In this document: positions 13,166 through 27,076 of the stretch, piece by piece | How the letters are laid out: each line of letters begins with the position of its first letter | Numbering within the stretch: the first letter of the stretch is position 1 | Assembly: GCA_951406725.2 (NCBI GenBank) | Contig: OX597822.1 | Location: 50,282,001-50,346,000, forward strand | DNA length: 64,000 nucleotides | Reading direction: 5' to 3' | Source: Octopus vulgaris | Lineage: Eukaryota | Notes under the pieces: model-generated | The model's database searches: none | What the model was told of the DNA's origin: nothing | What the model saw: only the letters and a program-made list of their open reading frames with translations | Translations under genes and position numbers: made by a program

Positions 13166-14099
13166 TTACTGTAAAATCTACCTATAACAACAAATTCACA
13201 GTATATATACTTTTCTACTTTGCAGAAAACTTTAGCTATACTGGTAATTTTCTCTCATTTTGTAAGTTTTCTAATGTGTCGATATTTTAACAAAATGATG
13301 GTACCTTTCCTTTGTAAACTAAAATCAAACAATTTTTAATATTCAAATTTTATCCTTAGCTGCAATTTTTGTGAGTAAAAACTTTCTTGTTCTGTACTTT
13401 ACCAGACGTAATAAGTTTTCCTGTGTAGTAACTTGTTCTTCAATTTTCCAGGTTTATAATCTTAAGAATATTATTTCTCTTGTTTGCATTTTCCTATGTA
13501 ATCCATGGTTTATTTCCACGCTAATTAATAAAGTGTCAAATGAGTCAATTAGCGGTGTGGATGATAATTTTCTTTACCAAAATGATGCCGGTAACATGCA
13601 TTAAAAGTGCCTTTATAGAACTTTATTTATAAAAAAAGCATAGAACTATATTATCACCTTCAAATTTGAGAAACAACCACTCATAACGTTTTTCTTTTAA
13701 AATGTCATTGCATGAGACTGATACAATAAAATTCCACGAATTAAATTATAGTTTGTTTTTAAAAGTTAATCATACTTAAATTTTAATCATACTTAAATCC
13801 AATTTTTCGAATTATATTTTTTCATATTTTACCACACAATTTTTTTATACAAATTTTTGTTGCATGGAACCCAAACTAGAAAAATGTTCACGTGTTCTTC
13901 TATCATTGAAGCTACGATAATATATTTTGCTTTTAAAATCAAAAAAGTTATTTATATCTAAAATTGCTTGGCGGTGTTACTCTCCTATAAAGTTGCTACA
14001 TATTTTCAATTTTTTATATCACGATGTAGCTAGGGAGCAGCCCTCTTCAAAACTGTTCACTATTTTCAATTTGTTTAAGAACTGAATTAACGACAAGCT

Positions 14100-14300
14100 C
14101 TGAAACAAGGATCGCTATCTGTTGTAAAGTTAAGTATAGGATAGAATACTGCCCCACACCTGACTTTTATTACCCTTATGGACCACAAAGCTAATTTCAA
14201 TAGAAACCCTACATGTAGACTAATGAACCCAGCTAAAACTAAAATAGGCATTATTAGCGAAAATATTTTAGATTCCGTTTGAAATTAAATAGAGAACAAG
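14100..14300 (+). mobile_element. Penelope-like element, RT N-terminal fragment
   Basis: FITLMDHKANFNRNPTCRLMNPAKTKIGIISENILD matches the PLE motif FITLKDHK..F..NP.CRLINP.K..IG.IS..IL. Confidence 0.75.
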
Positions 14301-14401
14301 TTGTTTAGTTTTGGCGAAATAGTGAGTGCCCCCAAAAATTAAAATAAGTAATCTTGTAAGGAGAACGTACAAATACTGTGAAGATAAAGATATTTACAAA
14401 C

Positions 14402-14459
<58 letters not shown>

Positions 14460-14671
14460 AAGAGAGAGAGTGAGTAGAGAGTGAAAGAAACAGACATAAA
14501 CTTAGAGAGGGGAAGCATTGCAGAGGGTGTAAGTGAGAAAATGAACAGATAAACAGAGAGAGAACAGGGAGAGAATCGATTGAAAACTGTAGAAATTCAT
14601 ACGTACTACACACACAGTCGTCATTTGTTTGATATATGTAGATATATCTATAAATACATATATTATTTTAA

Positions 14672-14879
14672 TCTTTTACTTGTTTAATTCATTTGACCGT
14701 GGCCACGCTGGGGCACAGCTTTAAGTCGAGCAAGTCGACCCGAGGATTCATTCTTTGTAAGCCTAGTACTTCTTCTATCCGACTCTTTTTGCCGAACCGC
14801 TATGTTACAGGAACGTAAACAGACCAGCATCGGTTGTCAAGCGATATTGGGAAAACAAACAGAGGCACACATACACCCC

Positions 14880-14928
<49 letters not shown>

Positions 14929-15066
14929 TATGGGCTTCTTTTAGTTTCCGTCTACCAAATCCACTCACAAGGCTATAGTAGAAAACACTTACCCAAGGTG
15001 CCACGCAGTGGGACTGAAGCCGGAACCATATGGCTGGTAAGCAAGCTACTTACCACACAGCCACTC
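14672..15066 (-). mobile_element. SINE family A, near full length
   Basis: Reverse complement of 7736-8138 with an internal (TA)n expansion. Confidence 0.9.
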
Positions 15067-15074
15067 TAACACGA

Positions 15075-15154
<80 letters not shown>

Positions 15155-15161
15155 CTGCATG

Positions 15162-15201
<40 letters not shown>

Positions 15202-15569
15202 CATACATATATACATATACGCATATATACATATATATGCAAGTAGCATCAATGCGATGGTTCAGTAGTAAAATTCTTTCTTTTTTTAGGTTATGTTGCT
15301 TTTCCAGGCCAGATTATTACGTATGCCACTGGTATAGATAACACTGATACATTTTGGGAAAGAATAATTAAACTCTTAAGACATTTAATAGAACAAGGGT
15401 ATAGATATGGTAAGTAGGTTAAAACGTTTAATCGCTGTTTAGGTGAGAGACTGGAAATTTTAAATAAATATTGTGTAACATCTAGCATTACATTTAATAA
15501 ATATTTGTAAGCGTCTAATGATTTGGATTGTAGTTTGTCCATATTTGGACTGTTTACAAGTAACTGTTT

Positions 15570-16103
15570 CAAACCAAATCAAACAAGCGAACAAAGATGA
15601 ACCATCCCTCTTCCATTGTGCGTGCACACACACACAAAACCTCGCTGACACACACGCACACACACATACATTAACACACCCCACTTTTACATACACCCAC
15701 ACATATTCACACAGAGTTGAAACGCTGTTTGATTTATTTTTCAGCGTACAATTTTTATCATCCCACTACCAAGTATGTCATCACCCCTTCCTTTTTCATT
15801 CATAAACACAATAGTATTATTATAGTAGATTATCTCGGTAAACATGCGAGATATGAAAAAAGTTGCATCACTCATTCCTTCCTTATTCATCTATCATCCC
15901 TTCCTTTCTCATTCATAAACACAAGAGTGTTATTATAGTAGATTATCTCGGTAACCATGGGAGTTATGAAAAACTACAAAGCCCAGGATCTCCACCGGAT
16001 CATTCTACACATCTGTGTAATTTTTCGCCCAATCCCACGTAGCCGTTTGACCGTGAATCCCAAGACAAGAAAGAATCGCCTATGTCAAATTTATATGTAT
16101 AGA
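15570..16103 (-). mobile_element. Non-autonomous Helitron-like element with an internal duplication
   Basis: Minus strand starts TCTATACATATAAATTTGACAT..aaacggctacgtgggatt. An 80-90 bp segment is duplicated at about 15786 and 15898. Confidence 0.55.
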
Positions 16104-16738
16104 TTATAGAAACAATACAGGTTTTTTGCAAAACTTCAGGCATATATTCTAATACCAAACCAGTCTTCGGATTACTTTTCGGTTTTGTAGCCGGGAATAT
16201 TGGATGAGCTTGATACGGTAAACATCATGGTTAACGCCTAACTGAAACTGCTATATCGGTAGAGCAGGAGAACCTTAAACTCGGGGTCGTGGGTCCGCGG
16301 TGGTGCTCCAGCATGAGCGCAGCCGCATGGCTGAAACGAGAAAAAGAATTAAAAGGATATATATATTGCGCGAGATACCTCCTGAAAAGTCACCTGACGA
16401 CCTATCGAGAAACACCTGGACGGAAGGATGCACCACAACCAGTTTTGCAGTATCTCACAACCGCAGGACCGATGCAAGATGAGTTGAAACGACTGTTCTG
16501 AATAATAAAGAATCTCGTGAATTCCATTTCCTTTGTCTGATTTGTTACACACATACATACATGCAGACACACACACACACACACACGTGTGTTTGTGTTT
16601 GTTGACTGCCGCATAAGACAATTTAAGCTCTTATATCTAGCATTGCAGGTGTTTTACTAACCCTCTGTCGTATTTAATAACAATTATAATTTACCTGTTT
16701 GGTGATACACTAGTAAACAGCTGCCTAATGTGATTTTA

Positions 16739-16799
<61 letters not shown>

Positions 16800-17889
16800 A
16801 AAGTATGTGTCATAATACTATTCCATAGCCATACCAACAATCCAACATACATCAATCATCAGCTGTCCCACAGATATCATTATGGTTTCAACAGCCGAGC
16901 AGCGCCATTCAATCCGGCGCTGTCAACATCACTAAGATAAGTGTTGTTTGGGAACAAAGAAACTACAACAAGAGGCATTTAAACCAACGTACAACGTGTC
17001 GGTTTTAATAATAAACAGCATAACTAAATTAGATGCTAAATTGCGATCCATCTTTAGGTTCATATATGTAATAATCCCAAGGTGTTCTATTGATATTATA
17101 ATAATGAAAGTTCAAACCTTATAATTCTATTCCAAAACGCAACACGATTGACATTAATTTAACTAATATTTTTATGAGTGATATACATTATTTCATCATT
17201 TATAATAAAAGGCTGCAAACCCATTAGCATACTACCACTACAAGTTATAATATTAAAGTACCAGTGACTAATATGCACTGGTATTTCATTAAATAGGAAC
17301 AAATAAAACTAGTTGTAATAAACTAATATTATAAACATTTCTAGAGAGTGAAGACTATTGAAAAGGTTGCAAGACGCAACGAAAATTTTAGAAAATAAAA
17401 ATAAGAAATAAGTGGAAATTTTACCGGTGAGTGTTTTAAATAATAAGGCACTAAAACAGAGTGACTCTCCTCAAAACTTTCTATGTTTAAGCTAATTAAA
17501 CTGTTTAAAAGATTATAAAACTGTTTAAAAGACAATAAAACTACAAGTATTAACACTTTCATGTTTAATCAGACATGTGGCTCCCTCGCAAAGAATTTAA
17601 AGGGCAAGTAAATATTGATGACGTAGTGCGTAGTTACCACTTTCTCAATTGTCTCAATACTCGTGACGTAGTGAGCAAATAACTCGAATCGTAAACATTG
17701 AAATTCTTAAAATATTTCTGAAGCTGAAGATTTGATATTACCTCATATTTATTTAAAATTTCAAGTTTTCCCCCAGACACCGATAAAATTTTTAACTATC
17801 TTACCATGTTTATAACCTTGTTTTCTTAATAGCTTATTTATTCTTTCTAAAATTTTATTAGCAGTTCATTACGCAGCTGACACTAGAGT

Positions 17890-18195
17890 TTCCATTGGTG
17901 CAATGACAACTGAGTGCATTGATTGCAAAGCAAGGAATTGGCCTGGAGAGACACCTGCAATGTGCTGCATTGATGGGATGGTTAAAATCTCTGAATTTCC
18001 CTAACCAGCAGAGCCTCTGAAGAAGTGTTGTCATCAACTAACCAATATTCCAAAACAAAATTAGATAATACAAAGATGCACTACAGATGCCAATATTTGG
18101 AGCCACAAGAGATTTTTTGAGCTAGGATTCATGCAAACTTTCAAGATCCAATGTCAAACTTATCAGCGGATTGGCTCTCTACTACCTCTGTCAAA
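17890..18195 (+). mobile_element. Helitron Rep/helicase N-terminal fragment
   Basis: IGAMTTECIDCKARNWPGETPAMCCIDGMVK (zinc motif) and GFMQTFKIQCQTYQRIGSLLP (cf. PTFKIQGQVYHRIGSLLP). Confidence 0.8.
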
Positions 18196-18491
18196 TGATT
18201 CCGAAAAATCGGCATTTCATTGTTTATAATCTTTACCTGTTTTTTGGTTACGAAATAAGCTACACAAAACGTGTTTATGAATTACGTGTGTTTAATTTAT
18301 GTATATATATATATATGAGCTGAAAATTTTCTTCTAACATTCCACTTAACATCTATATTCCGTGCTGGCATGAGTAGGAGAATTATTAATGCAGAAATTT
18401 GGCAGCTCAGCAACTAGTAGTTGAGACCTGCGTAATCTAGACGGCATTTAACATTTCATTATCTTCTTTAACACGACCAACACCGGGTACT

Positions 18492-18529
<38 letters not shown>

Positions 18530-18749
18530 CAGGATTGACCAATAGTCACCAGACAGAAAATGAAAATTCCATAAATACGTAATATTCAAGATTATTTATT
18601 CATTTGGGAAAATGTGTCGCTCACGAACTTCAGTTTGAACAATTTTCATTACGTTTGGTATTTATGAAATTCTTTCAGTTGTTAAACATAAATAAATTTT
18701 GGAATTAAATGCTTTTGATCTACTGTGAAGTGACTTTTGGTCAATCCTG
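18530..18749. mobile_element. Tc1/mariner-type MITE (220 bp)
   Basis: TIRs CAGGATTGACCAAtAGTCAC and GTGACTTTTGGTCAATCCTG, with TA on both sides, inside (TA)n. Confidence 0.85.
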
Positions 18750-19844
18750 TATATATATATATATATATGTGCAGAAATATTTATGTTACCAATGCAGTTA
18801 AAGCTAAAGAATTTTTGTATAACATAGTCAGTCACTCGAAAGTGAATATATATATGAAATCTATATAGTAGGTTCTTCCTCGTTTAACGGACAAAAATAT
18901 AGTACTGTGCTATGAATACTGCCGAGTGGTTATCAAATGTGATGGGGGTGAGTTTCTGGAGGTGAAATCTGCCTTACAGTTTCCCCGAAATTAAATCCAT
19001 AAGAATTTCCTTCCAATGTTAATTATCTGCAAAGAATTATGGTTTAGTATACGTGACCAAAACTTTTGCTCAACCATATCTATGCGTAAATGAAGAGATG
19101 TCGTTTATGCAGGTGTTACAGTATTCTAAATGGTAGAATTTGTAATTTTGATACCATACATATTGTCTTATTATACATTTCAGTATTCTATATAATATTA
19201 TAATGTTTGAAATTACGATGATCATAATATATTACACATGAAGATGAAAAGAATCATATCACCCTCAAAACGCATTACTTGTATATACGCCAAAGTTATT
19301 TGACATAGATTTGATCAAACTTCATTGTCTCGTAAATCGCTGCTTATTATTTGTGGACCTGAATATTAATATGAGAATATATTTTCATTCTGTGTATCAT
19401 TCACTATTCATTGACATACCATATAGCAGAAAGTGTCTTGAATATTTTTTGCATAAAATATATCAACGAATAATAAGTTAATAATTTAAAATTGCATGTC
19501 AGGTACAATCACATTCAGTGCACCTCTTGAAAATATATCCGATTCAATTCCAAAGTAGTAAGAAACATATCACTGCTTATTAATATTTGATATTCATTAT
19601 TGAATAGTTTCTAACCCACCATAAACAACAAAAAAAAACTCCTGAAATTGAAACGTGTCAATGCACGAAAACTTAATATTCAAGTTTATTTATTCATTTG
19701 GGAAAATGTGTCGCTCAAGAACTTCAGTTTGAACAATTTTCATTATGTTTGGTATTTATGAAATTCTGTTATCTTTTCTTTCCATTGTCTCTGATGTATC
19801 GTGATTTATCACTGTATATTGTCAATAATAAATATTGCTTTTAG

Positions 19845-20045
19845 AGTTTGGCACAAAGCTAGCAATTTCAGAGGAGGGGTTTAGTCGAATACATCGACCC
19901 CAGTGCTCAACTGGTAATTATTTTATTGATCTTAAAGGATGAAAGATAAAGTCGACCTCGGCGTAATTTGAACTCAGAACCGTAAACAAAAAATGCCGTT
20001 CAGCATTTTAACCGGCCTGCAAACGATTCTGACAGCACACCGCTT
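19845..20045 (-). mobile_element. SINE family B copy
   Basis: ggcacaa..agtcga.tacatcgaccccagtg..ggatgaaag..aaagtcgacctcggcg.aatttgaactcagaac. Confidence 0.8.
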
Positions 20046-20810
20046 TATTGATAATATGTATTACAAGCTTTTCACAGCAGCTTTAAATTTTGTCCAGATT
20101 ATATTATTCTCTCCTTTACAATGGTAACCAACGGCATTTTTGTTTATTAAGATACATACATAAAAGTGACATCCAATATAATTGTCAGAGTTTAGAGAAA
20201 GACTGTAAATCAATTTGTTGTAGTTTCTTATAACAGAAGTTCAACCTGACTAACCGATGATTATACGAGATTTAGCATTTTAAATTTTCATCATAATTTT
20301 ATATCTTGCTTATATGAGATCATACCTTTCAATACAAACGCGCACGTATACTTATGCACGCAACACTTGGCCAGAGAAAAGAGTTATAAAATACGAGAAT
20401 ATAATTCTGAAATACACAAATGAAAGTATCAGACATTTATTGCTGATTCTAGCAACTATGAAAATTGAAAGAAACAATAAATCAGTTTTGGACAAGCGAC
20501 AGTTCACATATGATAGTTAACGCTTTATGACCAGTAACAGTCACAGGAATAGGCAGTGGAAAATTGGAATCGTGGCACAATGTCACCCGTTGAACATTTA
20601 AATTAGAATTATGATTAATATTGCCTTTAAAATCACATTTCACAAAGAGTAAAAATTAGTGAAGTACACTGGAAACGTCGGATGTATTGTATTTGACTCG
20701 TTAAATAGTACAATAGAATAGTGATAAAAATAAATAAAAGGTTAGTGGAATGTGTGCTGTGCTTCGAACTTTCTATGTGTACAAGCTAAGTAATTTTTCA
20801 AATGAAAGTA

Positions 20811-22040
20811 TCAGGTCATCCTATAAATTCTGTCTGCTCTTGCCTTTCTTAAATTCGAATGAACTTTAATTGTATTTTAGAATGTCTAATGGAATTTATT
20901 TTTATGCATTTGTGTACATTTAAACTAATTAAATATTATTTTACAGAATAATAGAATTGAAATTTCTTTGATTAAAACCCTTTCTAATATGGAAGTATGC
21001 AAAGAGCATTTGAGGCACATAGTACTTTATGGGTACAAGAAAGGAAACTCTGTAGCCGAAGCGACTCGAAACATACACTCAGTTTATGGGAAAGAATGCT
21101 TGAACGAAAGAACTTAGAGAAGATGGTCTGCAAAATTCAGAAGTGTAGATTTCAACCTTGAAGATGAAGATCGAACAGGACGTCCAGTTGAGTTTGATAA
21201 TAAGATCCTTGAGACATTACTTCAAGAAACTCTTGCATTATCAGTTGAAGAATTGGCAATAAAGCTTCATTCATATCATACAACTATTCATCGTCCTCTT
21301 CAACAACTTGGAAAGGTTCATAAACTCGGAAAATGGGTGCCTCAGGAATTGTCCGAAAGCAACCGCAAATCCTGAGTTGACATCTGCTCTTCTCTCCATT
21401 CTCGTGAACACATTTCTCCCTTTTTGGATAGACTTGTGACTGGTGACGGAAAATGGATCTTGTCTCGGAATGTTAAACGGCTTGCTAAAAGGGAAAAATC
21501 GCATCCACAAACGAGAAAGAAACCTCATGGGAAAAAGGTTCTTATCTCTATCTGGTGGGATTGCAAAGGAGTAATTCCCTTTGAATTGTTACCACCTAAT
21601 GCAACAATCAATGCTCAAGTATACTGTCAGCATTTAGGGTGATTGAACCAAGCTTTGAAGAAAAAAGTCCCGCTTTAGTGAATCGAAAAGGAGCAGTGTT
21701 TCATCAGGACTATGCGCGATCCCACACTGCAAAAATTTCTCATCTACCTCATTCTCCCGACCTTGCTTCTTTAGACTACCATTTGTTTTGTAGTTTACAG
21801 AATCATTTGGGGAACATAACTTTTGCAAGCCAGGTTGAGGTCGGAACTGACTATTCAGAGTTCTTCGCTTTGAAACCGAAATAGTTTAACATTGATGGAA
21901 TTAAACCGCTTGTAAATAGATGTAAGAAAATCATAGATAATCAGGGAAAGTACATTGATGATTAAATTTCAATTAAATATAACATTTGGTCATTTGTTTT
22001 CTTTATTCAAAATCCAGACAGAACTTATGGGATGACCTGA
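20811..22040 (+). mobile_element. Full-length mariner (DD34D-type) transposon, inactivated
   Basis: TIRs TCAGGTCATCCTATAAATTCTGTC and GACAGAACTTATGGGATGACCTGA with TA target duplication; 1230 bp. Confidence 0.95.
20989..21965 (+). pseudogene. Mariner transposase pseudogene
   Basis: MEVCKEHLRHIVLY..EATRNI..RRW..KFRS..EDRTGRP..WVPQEL..VTGDGKW..SIWWD..HQDYA..HSPDLA..DYHLF, with stops and deletions. Confidence 0.9.
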
Positions 22041-22601
22041 TACGTAGTGGCGCATTATCTGACACTGCATCATTGAGACACACAAACCCACTAATTGTTA
22101 CACAATTTCGGTGCTTACCTTTTCCACAAGCTACGTACATGACATGTCTTTTGCTGCCGCCATCATGTTCTCACTACAACTATATATTATTGAGAGTATT
22201 GAAGAAACGATATATATACATTTTGGAAAAGTGTTGGGCGGTTATTCAATTTATAGCACGTGGGCTGCATAAAATATTATTTCAACTCAGTGATGAGCGT
22301 AATTTTTGAAGTCGGCATAGGTGGACAACTATCTAAGTTATTTATAATACTTCTCTAATTATAAAGTGGACAGAACTGGTTAAAGAATCTCCAGTTACAT
22401 GGAACAAATATCCAGGTGTCATTAATAGCCACATTAGCGCAAAAATTCAAATTTCAAACATTATGTTATATATATATATAATTATTATTTGAGGGAATAA
22501 AATCCAAACTTACAAGGAAAAAAAATCCAGTTCAAAAATACTGAATCAAATTTCACACAATATAATATATATATTTGAATCGATAAAAGGTGGGTTTTTT
22601 T

Positions 22602-22676
<75 letters not shown>

Positions 22677-23264
22677 GACAAATTAAAATGTAATTTTCCT
22701 TTAAATAAATACATTACTTCTTTTGCAATAGAGAGAAGAAACTTTTTCCCGTAAAGTTACCTTCTCGGTAGTGGTTGAGCCTTTTCCCTTTTACCTACCC
22801 ACTGTTTACGACGTTTAACATTTCGAAAGAAGATCCATTTTTTGTCACTAGTCACAAGGCTATCCAAAAAGGGTGAATTGCTATTGTTTTACATGTTTGC
22901 GTTTTTGAAAAACCTTATCAAAATTATGTACTATAATAGAATATGGATAAAAAAAGAGCTATCAATAAAATTAAAATTAACATTCATAATTTACTTTTCT
23001 TTTTTCTGCGAGAGCACGTAGTAATTTCCTTTAATTTTCTTGGCATGACAAGTTGAACTGTCCGTGAGCACAAATTACTACTATCTGTTTGTTTGGTAGA
23101 TTAAATAGTGTGGTCAAGACATGTTATCTGTAGGGGTGGCGGTAGCAATCGAATAACTAGCAGCAGTTATATTAATAGTAGTCGTCGTGGTGAAGTTGTT
23201 TTCCTGGTTTTTTACAGAAATCGGGTTCTTCGACTTATTGACTTTTAAATATATATTTACATAC

Positions 23265-23343
<79 letters not shown>

Positions 23344-24260
23344 TGTATGTGTGTATATATGTATGTGTGTGTGTAACCGAAGAACAAAAAAGGGGTTACG
23401 GTTCACTACAATCTGTTTATTCACTTTGAATAAACTGATTATATCATGGAAAAATCGTTTTCTACAGGTGAATTAGAAGTTAGAAATTTAAAATTTCACT
23501 CGAAAAATATGAAGATGTGGAATTTTGGAAACAAATAAGAGGATGAAAGCAGATTTCATGACACGTATGGGTCACAACGTGTATTGCCAGATTCTATGAT
23601 GCGTATGCGTCATAAAGACTTCATCAGGTAAAGCCACAATAAAATAATACTTTAAAAACATGACACAAAGTTCTACGAGAAGAGAGGGAGAAGGATAAAG
23701 ACAGAGCTAGAAAGAGAGAGCGAGAAAGAGGGAGGGTAAGCTAGAGAGAGGGGATAGATAGATAGATAGATTGAGAGAGAGGGGGGCAGAGGGTAGAATG
23801 GGTTCGTCATTTAAGGCTTTATTTCTCATTTTTTATCTATCGTTTTATCTATCGTAATCAATAAACATTTCAGTTTTCGATGCTTTGCCTTCCCATCATT
23901 GACACCACTTATACATTAATGCGAATATAATATAGAATAGCCAGTACAGCAATATGTGTATGGTGGTAACGAATGAAACCACGCCCCAATTTATCTATTT
24001 TAGATAATCTGTGAATAAGGCACGCCATTTGTTCTTTACCGATTCTAGTCTCCACTCCCACTTTTTTGTTTTTATGCAGTCAGCCTAGTTTTGCTTTTTC
24101 TTCTGCAGCAGACTATTTCAACAAGAATGTCCAATACAGCTGAAGAGAAAGTGAACCGGATAGTTGAGGGATATACATAATCGTATGAATGATAGATCTG
24201 AGGCGCTTTTGAAAGAACTGCTGTATACGATGAACTCTCCCTTCCCTTTAATTTACACGG

Positions 24261-24301
<41 letters not shown>

Positions 24302-24457
24302 TACACACACATACGCACACACATCTATATATACTATCGTCACCATGTATCGTACCCCTGCAGCGCGTTGATGACATTAGAACAAAACTTATCCCGATAA
24401 AAAATGAGTCGTCCATTGCATGGACACGCTTGTCCATCTAGCTTGTATGCATGTAGT

Positions 24458-24648
24458 TGAAATTTACAGGAAAAACAGAAGACGAAGAAAGGTGTATGAA
24501 CAGCGAGCAAGGGTATTAGTTTGACGCTTGGGAAAATGAAAACATATTTTACGTTGCGAGCCTACGCTCTTCAACAGAAAGAGATAAGAGAAAATATACA
24601 GAGAGAGAATGAAAAAACGTTGTAGATTTCAGCGGTCCATCATAGCGA
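24458..24648 (-). mobile_element. Short HHR-bearing element, family H2, diverged copy
   Basis: Minus strand 24581-24547 reads CTTT-CTGTTGAA-GAGC-GTAG-GCTC-GCAA-CG-TA-AAA. Confidence 0.65.
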
Positions 24649-24784
24649 CGTATGTATGTATGCATGTACATACGTGCATATAATTTGTTTAATAAAGCAT
24701 TTTTTCTGAAAAAGAAGATTGAAACCACATCACGTATCATTGACTTTGTTTCATAACCTTTCATATTATTAAGGCATTATAGAC

Positions 24785-24940
24785 AGAGACATTAGCACAC
24801 GGGACAAAATGCTGAGAAGTATTTAGTCGGCTCTTATCATCTGAGTTCTAATTTCGCCGAGGCTGATTTTGCCTTTGAACATTTCGTCATCCATAAAATA
24901 ATACCACCTGAGCATTGGAGTCGATGTAATCGGCTTAAAT
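24785..24940 (+). mobile_element. SINE family B, degenerate copy
   Basis: ttagcacacggg.caaaatgc..ctgagttc.aatt.cgccgagg..tttgcctt..gtcgatgtaatcg. Confidence 0.65.
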
Positions 24941-25364
24941 ACTTTTGGGTAAGAGTATAAACAAAAACAAACAATAAATTGCTTCTCTCTGCCAAGCAAG
25001 GTCGAGCCAGTGTGTCAGAGGACTTTCATCAAACCTGTACGATCTCAGGCTGAAAATCACACTCTCTACATCAGGCTGTGTTTAGTGGAGAAAACATGAT
25101 GAGCTCTTCGTCCTGTGATTGACTGAACATAGACAATTCAACTCAATCCAATCAGTACAGTCCTTAAATTTCAGTACTTCTTCAGGCGTTTCTTTAACAA
25201 TATTAATATTCTTTAACAACATTTAAACAATATTTATATAGATGTGACATTGCCATAAAAAATACCTTTGTATTTTGCGTACCATAAACTACTGTAGACG
25301 AAGTTCCTTCTTGGGTTTCAATTCATATTTGGATAACAACTACATTTAACCATTTAAAACATTG

Positions 25365-25866
25365 CAGGAAAAAAGTTCAACCACAACCGAGAAGGGAATT
25401 TCATGGGGAAAAAGGTTCCTCTTTCTATCCGGTGGGATTGCAAAAGTGTAATTCACTTTGAATTGTTACTACCTAATGCTACAATCAATGCTCATGTCAA
25501 CTGTCTACAATTAGAGCGTTTGGACCAATCTTTGAAAAAAAGACCCGCTTTTGTGAGTCAAATAGGAGTGATGTTTCATCAGGACAATGCGTGACCTCAC
25601 ACTACAAAGATCACATCACATTTCTCCTTCAGACTATCATTTCTTTCGTGGTTTACAGAATCATTTGGGGGAAATAGCTTTCGCAAGCCAAGAGGAGGTC
25701 GAAACTGACATTTCAGAGTGCTTCGCTTTGAAACTGAAAGAGTTATACATTGATGGGATTAAAAAGCTTGAATTAGATGGAAGGAAGCCATATATAATCA
25801 GGGAAAGTACATTGATGATTAAATTTCAATTAAATATAACATTTGAGAACTTATGGGATGACCTGA
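25365..25866 (+). mobile_element. Second copy of the same mariner (3' half plus right TIR)
   Basis: HGKKV.LSI.WDCK..HQDNA..SDYHFF and the TIR gaacttatgggatgacctga-TA. Confidence 0.9.
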
Positions 25867-25911
25867 TAGTTTCTCAATATATTTATAAATATACCACATT
25901 CGTACTCACCA

Positions 25912-26390
25912 AGGCGCCGAGTTGGCAGAAAGGATATCGTGCGGGGAAAAATCTTTAGTGGCATTACTTCCGACTTTACGATCTGAGTTCAAATGTCACC
26001 AGTGTTCGACGTTGCATTTCATCCTTCGGGAGTCGAACACCCCCCCAAATATGCCGGCCTTTTACCAAAACTTGAAATCAATATTAACACTCCTATTGAC
26101 CGATATAAACACTTGCCTAGGTCAAAAGCTCAACTTGCCCCGCCTTCCCTTATCATTTCGTTTTCGTTGATGTTAAATTATAAACTAAATCAGTAACATT
26201 CTGAAAATTCATTTCTACCCTAGGTACAAGGCCCGAAATTTTGGGGGAGAGAGCTGGTCGATTAGATCGACTGCAATACGCAACTTGTACTTAATGTATC
26301 GACCCGAAAATAAACGACTACTGGCAAAGTCGATATCGACGGAATTTGAACTGGGAACATAAAAACAGACGAAATACAGCTACGCATATT
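25912..26390. mobile_element. Two SINE family B copies in opposite orientation (25912-26085 +, 26210-26390 -)
   Basis: ggcgccgagttggcagaa..ctgagttcaaat on +; aaggcccgaaatttt..aaagtcga..ggaatttgaac on -. Confidence 0.7.
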
Positions 26391-27024
26391 AATCGGTATT
26401 TGATGAAAGTTGGATATTTTTATTAGTGTTACTAGAATATTTTTGATATTGTAACCACTTCCACTTGTCTTCTTCCCATCTCATTTTTGTTTTTTACCAT
26501 TTGAATCACAAACTTCAACGCGAAAGCTATTTTATCGTCGACATGGAAAGGGATGGGTATGAACACCCCTGTGCAGCTGACAGGATGTTAGTATTGGTGT
26601 TACGGCGCTGCCGTACATTACAATGATTTTTATTTATTTATAGGAGTGCTTTAAATTTTTATGTTCTACCATTAAATGCAAGGAACTGAGGTGAAATCGA
26701 AAAATATTTTAGATCTCACCTTTCATTACTAAAAAGTTTGACACAAAATTGTGCAACACAACTCGAATAGCTGAGGCTCTATGGCACGCTTTGTTTTCAT
26801 TTATTGAACTGAAAGTGTAGATTTTTCTTCTTTATGAACACACACATACTCAACGCGCACGCAGACACAGAAGCACACACACACATGCATACATAAATAC
26901 ACACACACTCTCATATATATATATGTATGCATGTATGTATTTATTTATTTATGCACACACACACACACACAACAGGCAGAAACACACACATACACATACA
27001 TAAATATATTTAATATGCATACAT

Positions 27025-27076
<52 letters not shown>

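Noticed and set aside
16390-16500. CTGACGA..GAAAC and CCGATGC..GAAACGACTGTT hammerhead-like words
   Set aside because: Helices do not close properly; too many exceptions are required.
24085-24180. Acceptor-like site followed by short ORF MSNTAEEKVNRIVEGYT
   Set aside because: Only 17 codons, no recognisable homology and no supporting exons.
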